DNA of 64,000 nt. It comes from Pseudomonadota bacterium. GTDB taxonomy: Bacteria; Pseudomonadota; Gammaproteobacteria; RBG-16-57-12. The stretch covers positions 9,349 through 73,348 of the forward strand of contig JBFMHP010000046.1 in NCBI GenBank assembly GCA_040752855.1. The letters run 5' to 3'. Below, in pieces: positions 1 to 17,692 of the stretch. Under the pieces are notes generated by a model. It made no database searches and was not told where the DNA came from. It saw only the letters and a list, made by a program, of their open reading frames with translations. The translations under genes were made by a program, and so were the position numbers. The stretch's first letter is position 1. The number at the start of each line of letters is the position of its first letter.

Positions 1-68
1 ATAAATTTACTCCAGCCCTACAAATAAAATGACAGGCGGGCACACACCCGGCCTGTCCGAGTCGCGGA

Positions 69-97
69 ATTCTAGATGTTCGTCATCCAAGTGTCAA
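69..97 (-). promoter_or_regulatory. sigma70 promoter downstream of rpoC, probably for the str (rpsL) operon
   Basis: Minus strand reads TTGACA(97-92)-17 nt-TAGAAT(74-69) with a GC-rich discriminator. GGAG SD followed by AT at positions 2-1 suggests an ATG straddling the edge. rpsL identity is inferred from the usual rpoC-rpsL order. Confidence 0.75.
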
Positions 98-135
98 GCG
101 TGCCGCCGAGCTAAATGTGCTCGGCGGCTGGCTGA

Positions 136-4335
<4,200 letters not shown>

Positions 4336-4413
4336 GGTCGTATCTCCTGCTGCGCGATACTGAAATCTGTTGTGTGCCGGCGGGCGCGGCCCGCCGGCTT
4401 CCCCGTCTTAGCC

Positions 4414-7400
4414 TTAGTCCAGATGCTCCAGCTCGATGTCGATGCCGAGCGCGCGGATTTCCTTCAACAGTACATTGAAGGACTCCGGCATGCCGGGCTC
4501 GATGCGATGATCGCCGTCGACGATGTTCTTGTACATCTTGGTACGACCGTTGACGTCGTCGGACTTGACCGTGAGCATCTCCTGCAGGGTGTAGGAGGCG
4601 CCATAGGCCTGCAGCGCCCACACTTCCATCTCCCCGAAGCGCTGACCACCGAACTGCGCCTTACCGCCCAGCGGCTGCTGGGTAACCAGGCTGTACGGAC
4701 CGGTGGAACGGGCATGCATCTTGTCATCGACCAGGTGGTTCAGCTTGAGCATGTACATATAACCGACGGTCACCGGCTGGTCGAACGCCTCGCCGGTGCG
4801 GCCATCGTACAGGACCGACTGACCGGAGGTCGGCAGGCCGGCGAGTTCCAGCATGGACTTGATCTCACTTTCATGCGCCCCTTCGAACACCGGCGTGGCC
4901 ATCGGCACGCCCTTGCGCAGATTGCCCGCCAACTCGATGACTTCATCATTGGTGAGCGCGCCCAGGCCTTCCTTCTGCTGCTTGTTGGTGTAGATCTTCT
5001 CCAGGAAGCCGCGCACCTCGGCGGCTGAGCGCTGCTCCTCGAGCATGGCGTTGATCTTGTGGCCAAGACCGCGTGCCGCCCAACCCAGGTGGGTCTCCAG
5101 TACCTGACCCACGTTCATACGCGAAGGTACGCCGAGCGGATTCAACACGATGTCGACCGGCGTGCCATTGGCCAGATACGGCATGTCTTCGAGCGGAACG
5201 ATGGTGGAGATAACACCCTTGTTACCGTGACGTCCGGCCATCTTGTCACCCGGCTGGACGCGGCGTTTGACCGCCAGATAGACCTTGACCATCTTGAGCA
5301 CGCCCGGCACCAGGTCGTCGCCGGCCATGATCTTGCCCTTCTTCTCTTCGTACTCGGCGTCGAGGTCGGCGCGCATCTGCTTGAGCTGCTCAGTGGCGCG
5401 CTCGAGCTGCTCGTTGGCAGTTTCTTCGCTCAGACGAATCTCGAACCACTTCTCGCGCGGGATGCCGGCCAGATAGTCCTTGGTGACCTTGTTGCCGGAC
5501 TTCAGGCCCTTCGGACCGCCAGCAGCGGTCTTGCCGATCAGCATCTTCTCGATACGCTGATAGGTGTCATCTTCCACGATACGGAAGGCCTCGTTGAGGT
5601 CCTTTTTGACCTGCGCCAGCTGCGCGTTTTGGATCTGCACGGCGCGTGAGTCGCGCTCTACGCCATCACGAGTGAAGACCTGCACGTCGATGACGGTGCC
5701 GTTCATGCCGGAAGGCACGCGCAGCGAGGTGTCCTTCACATCGGAGGCCTTCTCGCCGAAGATCGCACGCAGCAGTTTCTCTTCCGGAGTCAGCTGGGTT
5801 TCGCCCTTGGGCGTGACCTTACCGACCATGATGTCACCGGCCTTCACTTCGGCGCCGATGTAGACGATGCCTGCCTCATCCAGCTTGGCCAGCGCGCTCT
5901 CACCGACGTTCGGGATATCCGAGGTGATTTCCTCGGGACCGAGCTTGGTGTCGCGCGCCACGCAGGTGAGTTCTTCGATGTGGATCGAGGTGTAACGATC
6001 CTCTTCTGCCACACGCTCGGAGAGGAGGATCGAGTCTTCGAAGTTGAAGCCGTTCCACGGCATGAAGGCGACCAGCAGGTTCTGACCCAGGGCCAGCTCG
6101 CCCATATCGGTGGACGGACCGTCGGCCAAGGCGTCGCCACGGGCGATCACATCACCCTTCTTCACCAGCGGACGCTGATTGATACAGGTGTTCTGGTTGG
6201 AGCGGGTGTACTTCACCATGTTGTAGATGTCTACACCCGGCTCGCCCGCGGCGGTCTCGTCATCGTTGACACGTACGACGATACGGCCGGCGTCGACCGA
6301 GTCGACCACGCCACCGCGCTTGGCAACAACAGTTACGCCGGAGTCGATGGCCACTACACGCTCGATACCGGTACCAACCAGCGGCTTGTCGGCGCGCAAT
6401 GTCGGAACGGCTTGGCGTTGCATGTTCGAACCCATCAAGGCGCGGTTGGCGTCATCGTGTTCCAGGAACGGAATCAGTGACGCGGCCACGGAAACGATCT
6501 GCTTCGGCGAGATGTCCATGTAATTCACGCGGTCAGGTGTCGACATGGTGAATTCATTCTGATGACGCACCGATACCAGCTCATCGGTCAGCTTGTTGTG
6601 GCTGTCCAGGGTCGCATTCGCCTGGGCGATCGTGTACTGCGCCTCTTCGATGGCCGACAGGTAATCGATCTGGTTGGTCACCTTGCCGTCGACCACGCGA
6701 CGATACGGCGTTTCGAGGAAACCGTACTCGTTGGTGCGCGCGTAGACGGACAACGAGTTGATCAGACCGATGTTCGGACCTTCCGGGGTCTCGATCGGGC
6801 AGACGCGGCCGTAGTGGGTCGGATGTACGTCGCGCACCTCGAAACCGGCGCGCTCACGCGTCAGGCCGCCGGGGCCCAGGGCTGAAACACGGCGCTTGTG
6901 CGTGATCTCGGAGAGCGGATTGTTCTGGTCCATGAATTGCGAGAGCTGGCTGGAGCCGAAGAACTCCTTCACCGCCGCCGACACCGGCTTGGCGTTGATC
7001 AGCTCCTGCGGCATCATGGTCTCGGCCTCGCTCAGGCTCAGGCGTTCCTTCACGGCGCGCTCCACGCGCACCAGACCGGCGCGGAATTGGTTCTCGACCA
7101 TTTCACCCACGCTGCGGATGCGGCGGTTGCCCAGGTGATCGATGTCATCGACCACGCCCTTGCCGTTGCGGATATCCAGCAAGGTCTTCAGTACGTCGAC
7201 GATGTCCTGCTTGCTCAGCGTACCCTCGCCGACGATCTCCTCACGGCCGACGCGGCGGTTGAACTTCATGCGGCCGACCGCCGAAAGGTCGTAACGGTCG
7301 AGACTGAAAAACAGGTTGTCGAACAGGCTCTCGGCGGCTTCCTTGGTCGGCGGCTCGCCGGGGCGCATCATGCGGTAGATTTCCACCAGCGCCTCGAGTT

Positions 7401-8496
7401 GCGTGGTGGTGGAGTCCAGACGCAAGGTGTCGGAGACGTACGGACCATGATCGAGGTCGTTCACGTACAAGGTCTTGATCTCGGAGAATCCCGCCTCGAC
7501 CAGCTTTTCCAGCACGACCTCGGTGATCTCGTCATTGGCGTTGGCCACGAGCTCGCCGGTCATTTCATCGACCATGTTCTTGGCCAGGATCTTGCCGATC
7601 AGATAATCGCGCGGCACATCCAGCTTGGTCACGCCATCGGTCTCGAGCGATTTGATGGTGCGCGCCGTCACACGACGTCCCTTCTCCACGTACACATTCT
7701 TGCCGGACTTGATATCAAACAGTGCGGTTTCACCGCGCAGACGTTCGGGCACGAGCTTCAGGGTAAACTCGCCCTTCTTGTCGATATTGAAGGTATTGGT
7801 CTCGAAGAAGCTCGCGAGCATCTCTTCGTTGTCGAAGCCCAGCGCGCGCAGCACGACCGTGGCCGGCAGCTTGCGGCGGCGGTCGATACGGACGAAGACG
7901 TTGTCCTTGGGATCGAACTCGAACTCCAACCAGGAGCCACGATAAGGAATGATGACAGCGTTATACAGCAGCTTGCCCGAGGAATGGGTCTTACCGCGGT
8001 CGTGATCGAAGAATACGCCGGGTGAGCGATGCAACTGGGAGACGATCACGCGCTCGGTGCCGTTGATGACGAAGGTGCCGGTATCAGTCATGAGCGGAAT
8101 CTCGCCCATGTAGATCTCTTGTTCCTTCACGTCCTTGATGGACTTAGTGCCGGCCGGAGCCTCTTTGTCGAAGATAACCAGGCGAACCTTGACGCGCAGG
8201 GGTGCTGCATAGGTCGTACCGCGCAGTTTACATTCCTTAACATCAAAGACCGGCTTGCCGAGACGGAAGTCGACATACTCAAGCGAGGCGTACCCCGAAT
8301 AACTCGTGATCGGAAACACGGACTTGAAGGCCGCGTGCAAGCCGCGCTCTGCGCGCTCGCTTGGAGGGGTGTCCAGCTGCAAAAACTCGCGGTAGGAGTC
8401 CTTCTGAATCGCCAGCAGATAGGGAACCCCTAATATGCTGGGGCGTTTACCAAAATCCTTACGGATGCGTTTCTTCTCAGTGAAAGAGTAAGCCAT
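4414..8496 (-). CDS. rpoB: RNA polymerase beta subunit
   Basis: 1360 aa; [13 protein letters not shown] start, [21 protein letters not shown]. Confidence 0.99.
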   Translation of the reverse strand: MAYSFTEKKRIRKDFGKRPSILGVPYLLAIQKDSYREFLQLDTPPSERAERGLHAAFKSVFPITSYSGYASLEYVDFRLGKPVFDVKECKLRGTTYAAPLRVKVRLVIFDKEAPAGTKSIKDVKEQEIYMGEIPLMTDTGTFVINGTERVIVSQLHRSPGVFFDHDRGKTHSSGKLLYNAVIIPYRGSWLEFEFDPKDNVFVRIDRRRKLPATVVLRALGFDNEEMLASFFETNTFNIDKKGEFTLKLVPERLRGETALFDIKSGKNVYVEKGRRVTARTIKSLETDGVTKLDVPRDYLIGKILAKNMVDEMTGELVANANDEITEVVLEKLVEAGFSEIKTLYVNDLDHGPYVSDTLRLDSTTTQLEALVEIYRMMRPGEPPTKEAAESLFDNLFFSLDRYDLSAVGRMKFNRRVGREEIVGEGTLSKQDIVDVLKTLLDIRNGKGVVDDIDHLGNRRIRSVGEMVENQFRAGLVRVERAVKERLSLSEAETMMPQELINAKPVSAAVKEFFGSSQLSQFMDQNNPLSEITHKRRVSALGPGGLTRERAGFEVRDVHPTHYGRVCPIETPEGPNIGLINSLSVYARTNEYGFLETPYRRVVDGKVTNQIDYLSAIEEAQYTIAQANATLDSHNKLTDELVSVRHQNEFTMSTPDRVNYMDISPKQIVSVAASLIPFLEHDDANRALMGSNMQRQAVPTLRADKPLVGTGIERVVAIDSGVTVVAKRGGVVDSVDAGRIVVRVNDDETAAGEPGVDIYNMVKYTRSNQNTCINQRPLVKKGDVIARGDALADGPSTDMGELALGQNLLVAFMPWNGFNFEDSILLSERVAEEDRYTSIHIEELTCVARDTKLGPEEITSDIPNVGESALAKLDEAGIVYIGAEVKAGDIMVGKVTPKGETQLTPEEKLLRAIFGEKASDVKDTSLRVPSGMNGTVIDVQVFTRDGVERDSRAVQIQNAQLAQVKKDLNEAFRIVEDDTYQRIEKMLIGKTAAGGPKGLKSGNKVTKDYLAGIPREKWFEIRLSEETANEQLERATEQLKQMRADLDAEYEEKKGKIMAGDDLVPGVLKMVKVYLAVKRRVQPGDKMAGRHGNKGVISTIVPLEDMPYLANGTPVDIVLNPLGVPSRMNVGQVLETHLGWAARGLGHKINAMLEEQRSAAEVRGFLEKIYTNKQQKEGLGALTNDEVIELAGNLRKGVPMATPVFEGAHESEIKSMLELAGLPTSGQSVLYDGRTGEAFDQPVTVGYMYMLKLNHLVDDKMHARSTGPYSLVTQQPLGGKAQFGGQRFGEMEVWALQAYGASYTLQEMLTVKSDDVNGRTKMYKNIVDGDHRIEPGMPESFNVLLKEIRALGIDIELEHLD

Positions 8497-8765
8497 CAGA
8501 ATTCCTCAGCAAATCACTAACGTTGGGTACACACCACGCCAACAGCAGGTCGAGCGGCGTCACAAAAAAACCAAAGAGACAACCTTAAGCGCAAAAAGGC
8601 CGGCAGCTCGATCGCTACCAGCCACACGCCACGGTTATCTCAACAACCTTGTTTCAAAATGGTGTTATGCCTCCGGGCATAATTATATCGGGAAAATCCA
8701 GATACGCACGCCTTCCTTGGCATTTTTTTTGCTGCATCGGCAAAAAAGCGTATCGTTTTGTCGAA

Positions 8766-9152
8766 TTACTTCAGTTCGACAGTCGCACCGGCTTCAACCA
8801 GTTCCTTTTTGATCTTCTCGGCGTCGGCCTTAGATACACCTTCCTTCACAGCGGCGGGTGCACCCTCAACCAGGTCCTTGGCCTCTTTCAGGCCCAGACC
8901 GGTGACAGCGCGTACGACCTTGATTACACCAACCTTGTTGGCGCCGGCAGAAGCCAGCACAACGTTGAACTCGGTCTTCTCTTCAGCAGCCGGGGCAGCG
9001 CCGCCGGCAGCAGGACCTGCAGCTACCGCAACGGCGGCGGCAGAAACACCGAACTTCTTCTCCATTGCTTCAACCAGCTCAACAACTTCCATCACGGACA
9101 TGTTGGCGATGGTTTCCAGGATATCGTCTTTAGATACGGCCATGGTTTTCAC
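8766..9152 (-). CDS. rplL: 50S ribosomal protein L7/L12
   Basis: [22 protein letters not shown]; operon position. Confidence 0.98.
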   Translation of the reverse strand: MKTMAVSKDDILETIANMSVMEVVELVEAMEKKFGVSAAAVAVAAGPAAGGAAPAAEEKTEFNVVLASAGANKVGVIKVVRAVTGLGLKEAKDLVEGAPAAVKEGVSKADAEKIKKELVEAGATVELK

Positions 9153-9197
9153 TCCAATAAAATAAAAGATTTATGCTAAAAATGAGATTTGTAACGT

Positions 9198-9725
9198 TTA
9201 AGCTGACTGTTTCTGATCGCGCACTGCCGCGACAGTGCGAACCAACTTGCCAGGAACTTCGTTGAGCGTGCGCGCCAGCTTTTCGACCGGCTGCTTCATT
9301 ACACCCATCAACATCGCGATTGCCTGATCCTTCGTCGGCATCTTCGCCAGGCGGTCGATTTCTTTCGCCTGGAGCATTTTGCCGCCGATGGAAACAACTC
9401 TGACAATCAGTTTGTCGTTACCTTTGGCAAATTCAGAGATGACACGCGCCGCAGCGCCCGGGTCCTCTTGCGAGAACGCCAGCACCAGCGGGCCCACCAG
9501 ACCGGGCTGCATGCACTCGAAGCTCGTGCCCTGAACCGCGCGACGCGCCAGGGTGTTCTTCACTACGCGCACATAGACCCCGGACTCGCGCGCCTTCTTG
9601 CGCAGAGCCGTCATCTCACCAACAGTCAGCCCTCGATACTCGGCTGCAATCGCAGACAATGCGCTTGCCGCCACCTCAGCCACTTCAGCAACTACTTGCT
9701 TTTTAGCTTCGATATTGAGAGCCAC
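9198..9725 (-). CDS. rplJ: 50S ribosomal protein L10
   Basis: GTG start at 9725 after AGGAGG; ALNIEAKK, VVKNTLARRA. Confidence 0.97.
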   Translation of the reverse strand: MALNIEAKKQVVAEVAEVAASALSAIAAEYRGLTVGEMTALRKKARESGVYVRVVKNTLARRAVQGTSFECMQPGLVGPLVLAFSQEDPGAAARVISEFAKGNDKLIVRVVSIGGKMLQAKEIDRLAKMPTKDQAIAMLMGVMKQPVEKLARTLNEVPGKLVRTVAAVRDQKQSA

Positions 9726-9840
9726 TTCTTTACCTCCTCGCAATGCGGCCTGCTTGTACAGACCCGCATCTTGCTCCACATCGAGCACCATGGTTGGCGC
9801 TCAACCCTTACGGTGAGCTGCCAGAGCATCCTTCTGGGCT

Positions 9841-9905
9841 ACACCGTCTACGTAGGCCGGACACAACCGCGTCCGATTAAACCGAAGTGCCTACGGTCTT
9901 TGACG
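9841..9905 (-). promoter_or_regulatory. rplJ (L10) leader, autogenous control element
   Basis: AAAGACCGTAGG...TTAA...CCTACGTAGACGGTG pattern typical of proteobacterial rplJ leaders; lies between rplA and rplJ. Confidence 0.75.
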
Positions 9906-9976
9906 ATCGCATCTCCGACTGCGACCCAAAGTCAAAGAGGGCGCCACCCGCAAACGGGCCGCGCCCCAACATTCGA

Positions 9977-10672
9977 TTAGATACCGAGGGTACCTTTATC
10001 GATCTGCACGCCCGCACCCATGGTGGTGGATACGGTGACGCGCTTGAAATAAATCCCCTTGGACGTGCTGGGCTTCATCTTGTTCAGATCCGCCAGCAGG
10101 GCGTCCAAGTTGCCACGCAGGGCGGCAGCATCGAAGTTGATCTTGCCGATAGTGCAGTGGATGATACCGTTCTTGTCGGTACGATAACGCACCTGACCCG
10201 CCTTGGCGTTTTTCACCGCGCCGGCGACATCGGGCGTAACCGTGCCAACCTTCGGGTTCGGCATCAGGCCGCGCGGACCCAACACCTGACCGAGCTGACC
10301 GACGATGCGCATGGCATCCGGGCTCGCGATGACGACATCGAAATCCATCATGCCCTTCTTGACCTGCTCGGCCAGATCCTCGAAACCGACGATATCGGCG
10401 CCCGCAGCCTTGGCGGCTTCGGCGTTCGCACCTTGGGCAAACACCGCCACGCGCACAGATTTGCCCGTGCCGTTCGGCAGTACGGTGGAACCGCGCACCG
10501 CTTGATCGGATTTACGCGGATCGACCCCGAGGTTGATCGCCACATCGACCGACTCGACAAACTTCGCCGCCGGCAGCTCCTTCAGGATCTTGAAGGCCTC
10601 ATCGATGCCGTAGAGCTTGGTCGGATCGACCTTGGCGCGAATCGCTTGTTGACGCTTTGAAATCTTAGCCAT
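9977..10672 (-). CDS. rplA: 50S ribosomal protein L1
   Basis: [28 protein letters not shown]. Confidence 0.98.
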   Translation of the reverse strand: MAKISKRQQAIRAKVDPTKLYGIDEAFKILKELPAAKFVESVDVAINLGVDPRKSDQAVRGSTVLPNGTGKSVRVAVFAQGANAEAAKAAGADIVGFEDLAEQVKKGMMDFDVVIASPDAMRIVGQLGQVLGPRGLMPNPKVGTVTPDVAGAVKNAKAGQVRYRTDKNGIIHCTIGKINFDAAALRGNLDALLADLNKMKPSTSKGIYFKRVTVSTTMGAGVQIDKGTLGI

Positions 10673-10675
10673 GAC

Positions 10676-11107
10676 TTACACCCCCTCCACATCGATACCC
10701 ATGCTGCGCGCAGTGCCGGCGATGGTACGCACCGCCGCATCTATGCTCGCCGCCGTGATATCGGGCATCTTGACCTTGGCGATGTCTTCGAGCTGCTTAC
10801 GCGTAACCTTGCCGACCTTGTCGCGGTTCGGCACAGCGCTGCCGCTCTGAATACCGATCGCCTTCTTCAACAGAATGGAGGCCGGCGGGGTCTTGACGAT
10901 GAATGTAAAGCTGCGGTCGCTGTAGACGGTGATGACTACCGGAACCGGCAGACCGGGTTCCAGGCTCTGAGTCTGGGCATTGAACGCCTTGCAGAACTCC
11001 ATGATGTTGACACCGCGCTGACCCAGCGCCGGACCGACCGGCGGGCTCGGGTTAGCTTGACCGGCCTTGACCTGCAACTTGATGTAGGCTTCGATCTTCT
11101 TAGCCAT
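10676..11107 (-). CDS. rplK: 50S ribosomal protein L11
   Basis: [23 protein letters not shown]. Confidence 0.98.
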   Translation of the reverse strand: MAKKIEAYIKLQVKAGQANPSPPVGPALGQRGVNIMEFCKAFNAQTQSLEPGLPVPVVITVYSDRSFTFIVKTPPASILLKKAIGIQSGSAVPNRDKVGKVTRKQLEDIAKVKMPDITAASIDAAVRTIAGTARSMGIDVEGV

Positions 11108-11122
11108 GACTTACTCCTATGT

Positions 11123-11152
11123 TTGGGTGCAAACGCCTCGCGGCTCCCCGTG
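11123..11152 (-). promoter_or_regulatory. rplK leader (L1-binding site)
   Basis: CACGGGGAGCC...GGCG...ACCCA just upstream of the rplK SD, resembling the E. coli rplK leader. Confidence 0.7.
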
Positions 11153-11168
11153 ATACCAATCTTGTGTC

Positions 11169-11702
11169 TCAGCCCTTTTCGACTTGGCTGAACTCAAGAT
11201 CAACCGGTGTCGAGCGACCGAAAATCGTCACCTCGACACGCAACCGGCTCTTGTCGTAGTCGATCTCCTCGACCACGCCATTGAAATCCTTGAACGGGCC
11301 ATCGATGATGCGCACCACTTCGCCCACCTCGAACAGCACCTTCGGACGCGGCTTCTCCGCCCCCTCTTCCACACGCTGCAGAATCGCCTGAGCCTCTTTC
11401 TCGGTGATCGGGGCCGGCTTGTCGCCGGTGCCGCCGATGAAACCCATCACACGCGGGACTTCCTTCACCAAGTGCCAGGTCTCGTCGTCCATCTCCATCT
11501 GGACCAGGACATAGCCGGGGAAGAATTTGCGATCACTCTTCCGCTTCTGACCGTCCTTCATTTCGACCACTTCCTCGGTCGGCACCAGAACCTGGCCGAA
11601 CTTGTGCTCCAAGCCCTTGCGGCGCACGCGCTCTTCGAGGGAGCGCTTCACCTGGCTTTCAAAACCGGAAAAGGCATGTACTACATACCAGCGCATCGCC
11701 AT
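11169..11702 (-). CDS. nusG: Transcription termination/antitermination factor NusG
   Basis: [20 protein letters not shown] domain GPFKDFNG. Confidence 0.98.
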   Translation of the reverse strand: MAMRWYVVHAFSGFESQVKRSLEERVRRKGLEHKFGQVLVPTEEVVEMKDGQKRKSDRKFFPGYVLVQMEMDDETWHLVKEVPRVMGFIGGTGDKPAPITEKEAQAILQRVEEGAEKPRPKVLFEVGEVVRIIDGPFKDFNGVVEEIDYDKSRLRVEVTIFGRSTPVDLEFSQVEKG

Positions 11703-11705
11703 ATC

Positions 11706-12053
11706 TTAGCTCCCTTGACCGGTGAGCAGTTGCACCGCCCACAACAGAAACATATCCAGCAGCCAGAGCAGTATACCCACGATGACGACAACCACCATCA
11801 CGATCATGGTCGTCTGCACCGTTTCCTTGCGCGTCGGCCACACCACCTTGCGTACCTCGGTGCGCGACTCTTTGACGAACGACAACGCCGCACGCCCCGG
11901 TTCGGATTGCGCAGCCACGATGATCGCCAAGACCAACGCCACTATCACGCCAAGGACACGGATCCAGGTTGCTTGATCCGCAAAAACATAAAAACCGACG
12001 ACACCGCCCGCCAGTATCAGGAGCGATACGATCAGTTTGATTTTATCCGCCAT
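11706..12053 (-). CDS. secE: Preprotein translocase subunit SecE
   Basis: MADKIK start; EVRKVVWPTRKET motif; 3 TM segments. Confidence 0.95.
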   Translation of the reverse strand: MADKIKLIVSLLILAGGVVGFYVFADQATWIRVLGVIVALVLAIIVAAQSEPGRAALSFVKESRTEVRKVVWPTRKETVQTTMIVMVVVVIVGILLWLLDMFLLWAVQLLTGQGS

Positions 12054-12077
12054 TCGGACGTTAACTCCCGAATTAAA

Positions 12078-12153
12078 TGGCAGGCCAGGAGGGAATCGAA
12101 CCCCCAACCTGCGGTTTTGGAGACCGCCGCTCTGCCAATTGAGCTACTGGCCT
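12078..12153 (-). tRNA. tRNA-Trp (CCA)
   Basis: 76 nt cloverleaf, anticodon CCA, encoded 3' CCA. Confidence 0.97.
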
Positions 12154-12219
12154 AAACTCATATGACGAAGGGGTAGATGTCACCCACCTACCCCTGCGCC
12201 GTCATTTTGTACCGAATGA

Positions 12220-13410
<1,191 letters not shown>

Positions 13411-13468
13411 CTGCAGATCCCCTTAATTTTAAGATTAGTTAACCTTAAACCAATAAATAAACAGAATG

Positions 13469-13544
<76 letters not shown>

Positions 13545-13570
13545 GAATCCTGATCACATCACGCACAACC

Positions 13571-13644
<74 letters not shown>

Positions 13645-13673
13645 AAGCATCTCTGGTACACGCGCAAATAAAC

Positions 13674-13758
13674 TGGTGGAGGGGGGTGGATTCGAACCAC
13701 CGAAGGCAGAGCCGTCAGATTTACAGTCTGATCCCTTTGGCCGCTCGGGAACCCCTCC
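13674..13758 (-). tRNA. tRNA-Tyr (GTA)
   Basis: 85 nt with long variable arm, anticodon GTA. Confidence 0.96.
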
Positions 13759-13778
13759 GGCGCCACAACAAGGCGCGT

Positions 13779-13807
13779 ATTCTGATGGAGTTGCCCAGCC
13801 GTGTCAA
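13779..13807 (-). promoter_or_regulatory. sigma70 promoter of the tRNA-tuf operon
   Basis: TTGACA-17 nt-CAGAAT followed by GC-rich discriminator ACGCGCC. Confidence 0.75.
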
Positions 13808-13980
13808 CATTAAAACAATGAAATTTCTTTGACTTGCCCGCACCGCACGCGGCTGGCGCGAGGGCGCGAAACTTAGCGTGGTACAAGCGTATTTTGACGG
13901 GAAACTCGCTTAGATTTATGCTTTCGACTCCGCGATCGGACTCCGTCAAAACACGGCCAAGAGGCCAAGGCCCGCATAGT

Positions 13981-15507
13981 ATGCCCATAATCCGCAACGA
14001 AGACATCATCCAAAGCATCGGCGACGCGTTTCAATATATCTCGTATTACCATCCGCTCGACTTCATCCAGAGCCTCGACCAAGCCTACCGGCTGGAACAA
14101 TCGCCCGCCGCCCGCGATGCCATCGCCCAAATTCTGATCAACTCCCGCATGTGCGCCGAGGGGCATCGGCCGATCTGCCAGGATACCGGGAGCGCCGTGG
14201 TGTTTCTCAAGATCGGGATGAATGTGCGCTTTGAGGGCAACACCGGTCTCGATGATCTCATCGATGCGGGCGTACGCCGCGCCTACACCGACCCGGCCAA
14301 TCCGCTGCGCGCCTCTATCGTGGCCGACCCGGCGGGTCGGCGCATCAACACCCGCGACAACACCCCGGCGGTGATCCACACCGAACTCGTTCCCGGCGAC
14401 ACCCTCGAAGTCACCTGCGCCGCCAAGGGCGGGGGTTCGGAGAACAAGGCGCGCTTTACCGTGCTCAATCCGAGCGACAGCCTCGTCGACTGGGTTCTCA
14501 AGACCATCACCACCCTCGGGGCCGGCTGGTGCCCGCCCGGTATTCTGGGCGTGGGCATCGGCGGCACGCCGGAAAAGGCAATGCTGCTGGCCAAGGAAGC
14601 CCTGATGCAGCCCATTGATATCCAAGCACTGATCGCGCGCGGCCCGGCCACCCGCGCCGAGGAACTGCGCCTCGAACTCTATGACAAGATCAACCGCCTT
14701 GGCGTCGGCGCCCAGGGGCTGGGGGGGCTGACCACAGTGCTGGATGTGAAGGTGCTGGACTTCCCCTGTCACGCCGCCTCGCTGCCGGTAGCCATCATCC
14801 CCAACTGTGCGGCCACGAGACACATCCACTTCACCCTCGATGGGCGCGGACCGGCGGAGCTGACGCCACCCCGGCTGGAGGAGTGGCCCGTTATCAGTGA
14901 GACCGGCGCCGCACAGGCCCGGCGCGTGAATCTCGATACCCTGACCGCGCAGGACATCAAACAGTGGCAACCCGGCGAAACCCTGCTGCTGTCGGGCAAG
15001 ATGCTGACCGGGCGGGACGCCGCGCACAAGCGCATCGCCGACCTGCTGGCCCGCGGCGAGGCGCTGCCGGCGGGTGTCGATTTCACCAATCGATTCATTT
15101 ATTACGTCGGTCCGGTGGATGCCGTCGGCGGCGAGGCCGTGGGACCGGCCGGCCCGACCACCGCCACGCGCATGGACAAGTTCACGGAGATGATGCTGGG
15201 ACAGACCGGCCTGATCGGCATGATCGGCAAGGCCGAACGGGGGCCGCAGGCGATCGAGGTCATCAAGAAATACGGTGCCGTCTACCTGATCGCCACCGGC
15301 GGGGCGGCCTATCTGATCTCCAAGGCGATTCGCTCGGCCAAGGTCGTGGCCTTCGCGGATCTCGGCATGGAGGCGATCTATGAGTTCGGGGTCGAAGACA
15401 TGCCGGTGACGGTGGCCGTCGACAGCCGGGGCAATTCCGTGCACCAAAGTGGTCCGGCGGAGTGGAAGGTGAAGATCGAGGAGATCAGGAAGGGCGGCAG
15501 GCCCTGA
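13981..15507 (+). CDS. fumA: Class I (Fe-S) fumarate hydratase
   Basis: RPICQDTG, AKGGGSENK, GWCPPG, AGPTTATRMDKF; start taken at MPIIRNED. Confidence 0.9.
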   Translation: MPIIRNEDIIQSIGDAFQYISYYHPLDFIQSLDQAYRLEQSPAARDAIAQILINSRMCAEGHRPICQDTGSAVVFLKIGMNVRFEGNTGLDDLIDAGVRRAYTDPANPLRASIVADPAGRRINTRDNTPAVIHTELVPGDTLEVTCAAKGGGSENKARFTVLNPSDSLVDWVLKTITTLGAGWCPPGILGVGIGGTPEKAMLLAKEALMQPIDIQALIARGPATRAEELRLELYDKINRLGVGAQGLGGLTTVLDVKVLDFPCHAASLPVAIIPNCAATRHIHFTLDGRGPAELTPPRLEEWPVISETGAAQARRVNLDTLTAQDIKQWQPGETLLLSGKMLTGRDAAHKRIADLLARGEALPAGVDFTNRFIYYVGPVDAVGGEAVGPAGPTTATRMDKFTEMMLGQTGLIGMIGKAERGPQAIEVIKKYGAVYLIATGGAAYLISKAIRSAKVVAFADLGMEAIYEFGVEDMPVTVAVDSRGNSVHQSGPAEWKVKIEEIRKGGRP

Positions 15508-15513
15508 GCAGAA

Positions 15514-15846
15514 TCATTCAGCGGGCTTGACCGTCTCTTTCCTGGCCTGGATGGCCGCATCACGCGCCTGCACGGCCTCGGTGCGCGCCGCATCATAGTC
15601 ACGCGACTTGAGACGTTGCTCGGCGGATTTCAGGTGCTCCTCCGCCTCGCGCAGCGCCGGATCGTTCGCCTGCACGCCCGACTCACGCGCGGCCTGCACC
15701 GCCTGGCGCGCATCGCTCATTTCCTGGATCGGCGCTGCCGCGCAGGCGGCAAGCAGTATCGAGGTGGTCACGCAGATGGCGAGGTTTCGAAGAGCACACA
15801 ACCCTGAAGGCGGGTTTACAGCAGGAATAAAAGGAAAGGGGTTCAT
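15514..15846 (-). CDS. DUF4398-type small lipoprotein
   Basis: LLAAC lipobox then APIQEMSDARQAVQAA helical domain; start uncertain. Confidence 0.65.
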   Translation of the reverse strand: MNPFPFIPAVNPPSGLCALRNLAICVTTSILLAACAAAPIQEMSDARQAVQAARESGVQANDPALREAEEHLKSAEQRLKSRDYDAARTEAVQARDAAIQARKETVKPAE

Positions 15847-15948
15847 ATGCCGGAGAAACTAGCATCGGGGTCATAGGCTGTCAAGGCAGCCCCACCACGC
15901 GCGTGGTGCTAGAATGGCCGCCTCGCGATAGACGAAAGGCCAGCCATC

Positions 15949-16889
<941 letters not shown>

Positions 16890-16903
16890 CAACTTGCAGT
16901 CTT

Positions 16904-16976
16904 GTAAGCCGGCATAAGCGCAGCGTTGTCGGCGAGCGATCTGCCGGGAACGGCCAAGGGCCTTATCCCGGCCTAC
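16904..16976. repeat. GTAG-family REP dimer (family A)
   Basis: GTAAGCCGGCATAAG...CTTATCCCGGCCTAC; near-identical to 30584-30656 and 30721-30792; between convergent genes. Confidence 0.85.
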
Positions 16977-16978
16977 TA

Positions 16979-17692
16979 CTACGGAGAGCCTTGATCGCTG
17001 AGAACCTCGCGCACGAAGGGCACTGTCAACCGGCGCTGCGCGGCCAGCGAGGCGTGGTCGAGACGGTCCAGCAGGGCAAACAGGGCATTCATGTCACGCG
17101 GGCAGCGCCGCAGCAGGTAAGCGCCTACTTCCAGCGGCATCTCCATGCCGCGCTGCGCGGCGCGCTGGCGCAGAGCGGCGAGTTTGTCGGCATCATCGAG
17201 CGGCTTGAGATGATAGATAATGCCCGCACACAAGCGCGACTTCAGATCCGGGAGCCGAATGTCCAACCCCGCCGGCGCCGTCTCACCCGTGATTACCAGA
17301 CACCCGCCCGCCGCCTGCAGGCGATTGTAGAAATGAAACAGCGCCTCTTCCCACTGCGGCAGGCCGGCAATCGCTTCGATATCATCGAGACATACCAAGC
17401 GCAGCGTTTCCATGCCATGCAGGATCTCCGGGGCAAACGTCGCGTGCTCGCTCAACGGCAGGTACATCAACGGCAGCCCTGCATCGGCCGCCGCGTGGCA
17501 GAGCGCCGAGAGCAGATGGGTCTTGCCGCATCCTGCCCCACCCCAGAGATAGAGATAACCCGGACCCGAACGGTCCAGGCACGCGGCCAACCCGCCCACA
17601 ACCTCCTGGTTGGCGCCGGCGTGAAAATTCTCGAAACTGGCATCGTCACGCAGACGAATGCCCAAGGGCAGCTGTACGTGTTTATTGGGCAT
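16979..17692 (-). CDS. hda: DnaA regulatory inactivator Hda
   Basis: QLPL clamp-binding motif, GCGKTHLL, PDLKSRL. Confidence 0.93.
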   Translation of the reverse strand: MPNKHVQLPLGIRLRDDASFENFHAGANQEVVGGLAACLDRSGPGYLYLWGGAGCGKTHLLSALCHAAADAGLPLMYLPLSEHATFAPEILHGMETLRLVCLDDIEAIAGLPQWEEALFHFYNRLQAAGGCLVITGETAPAGLDIRLPDLKSRLCAGIIYHLKPLDDADKLAALRQRAAQRGMEMPLEVGAYLLRRCPRDMNALFALLDRLDHASLAAQRRLTVPFVREVLSDQGSP

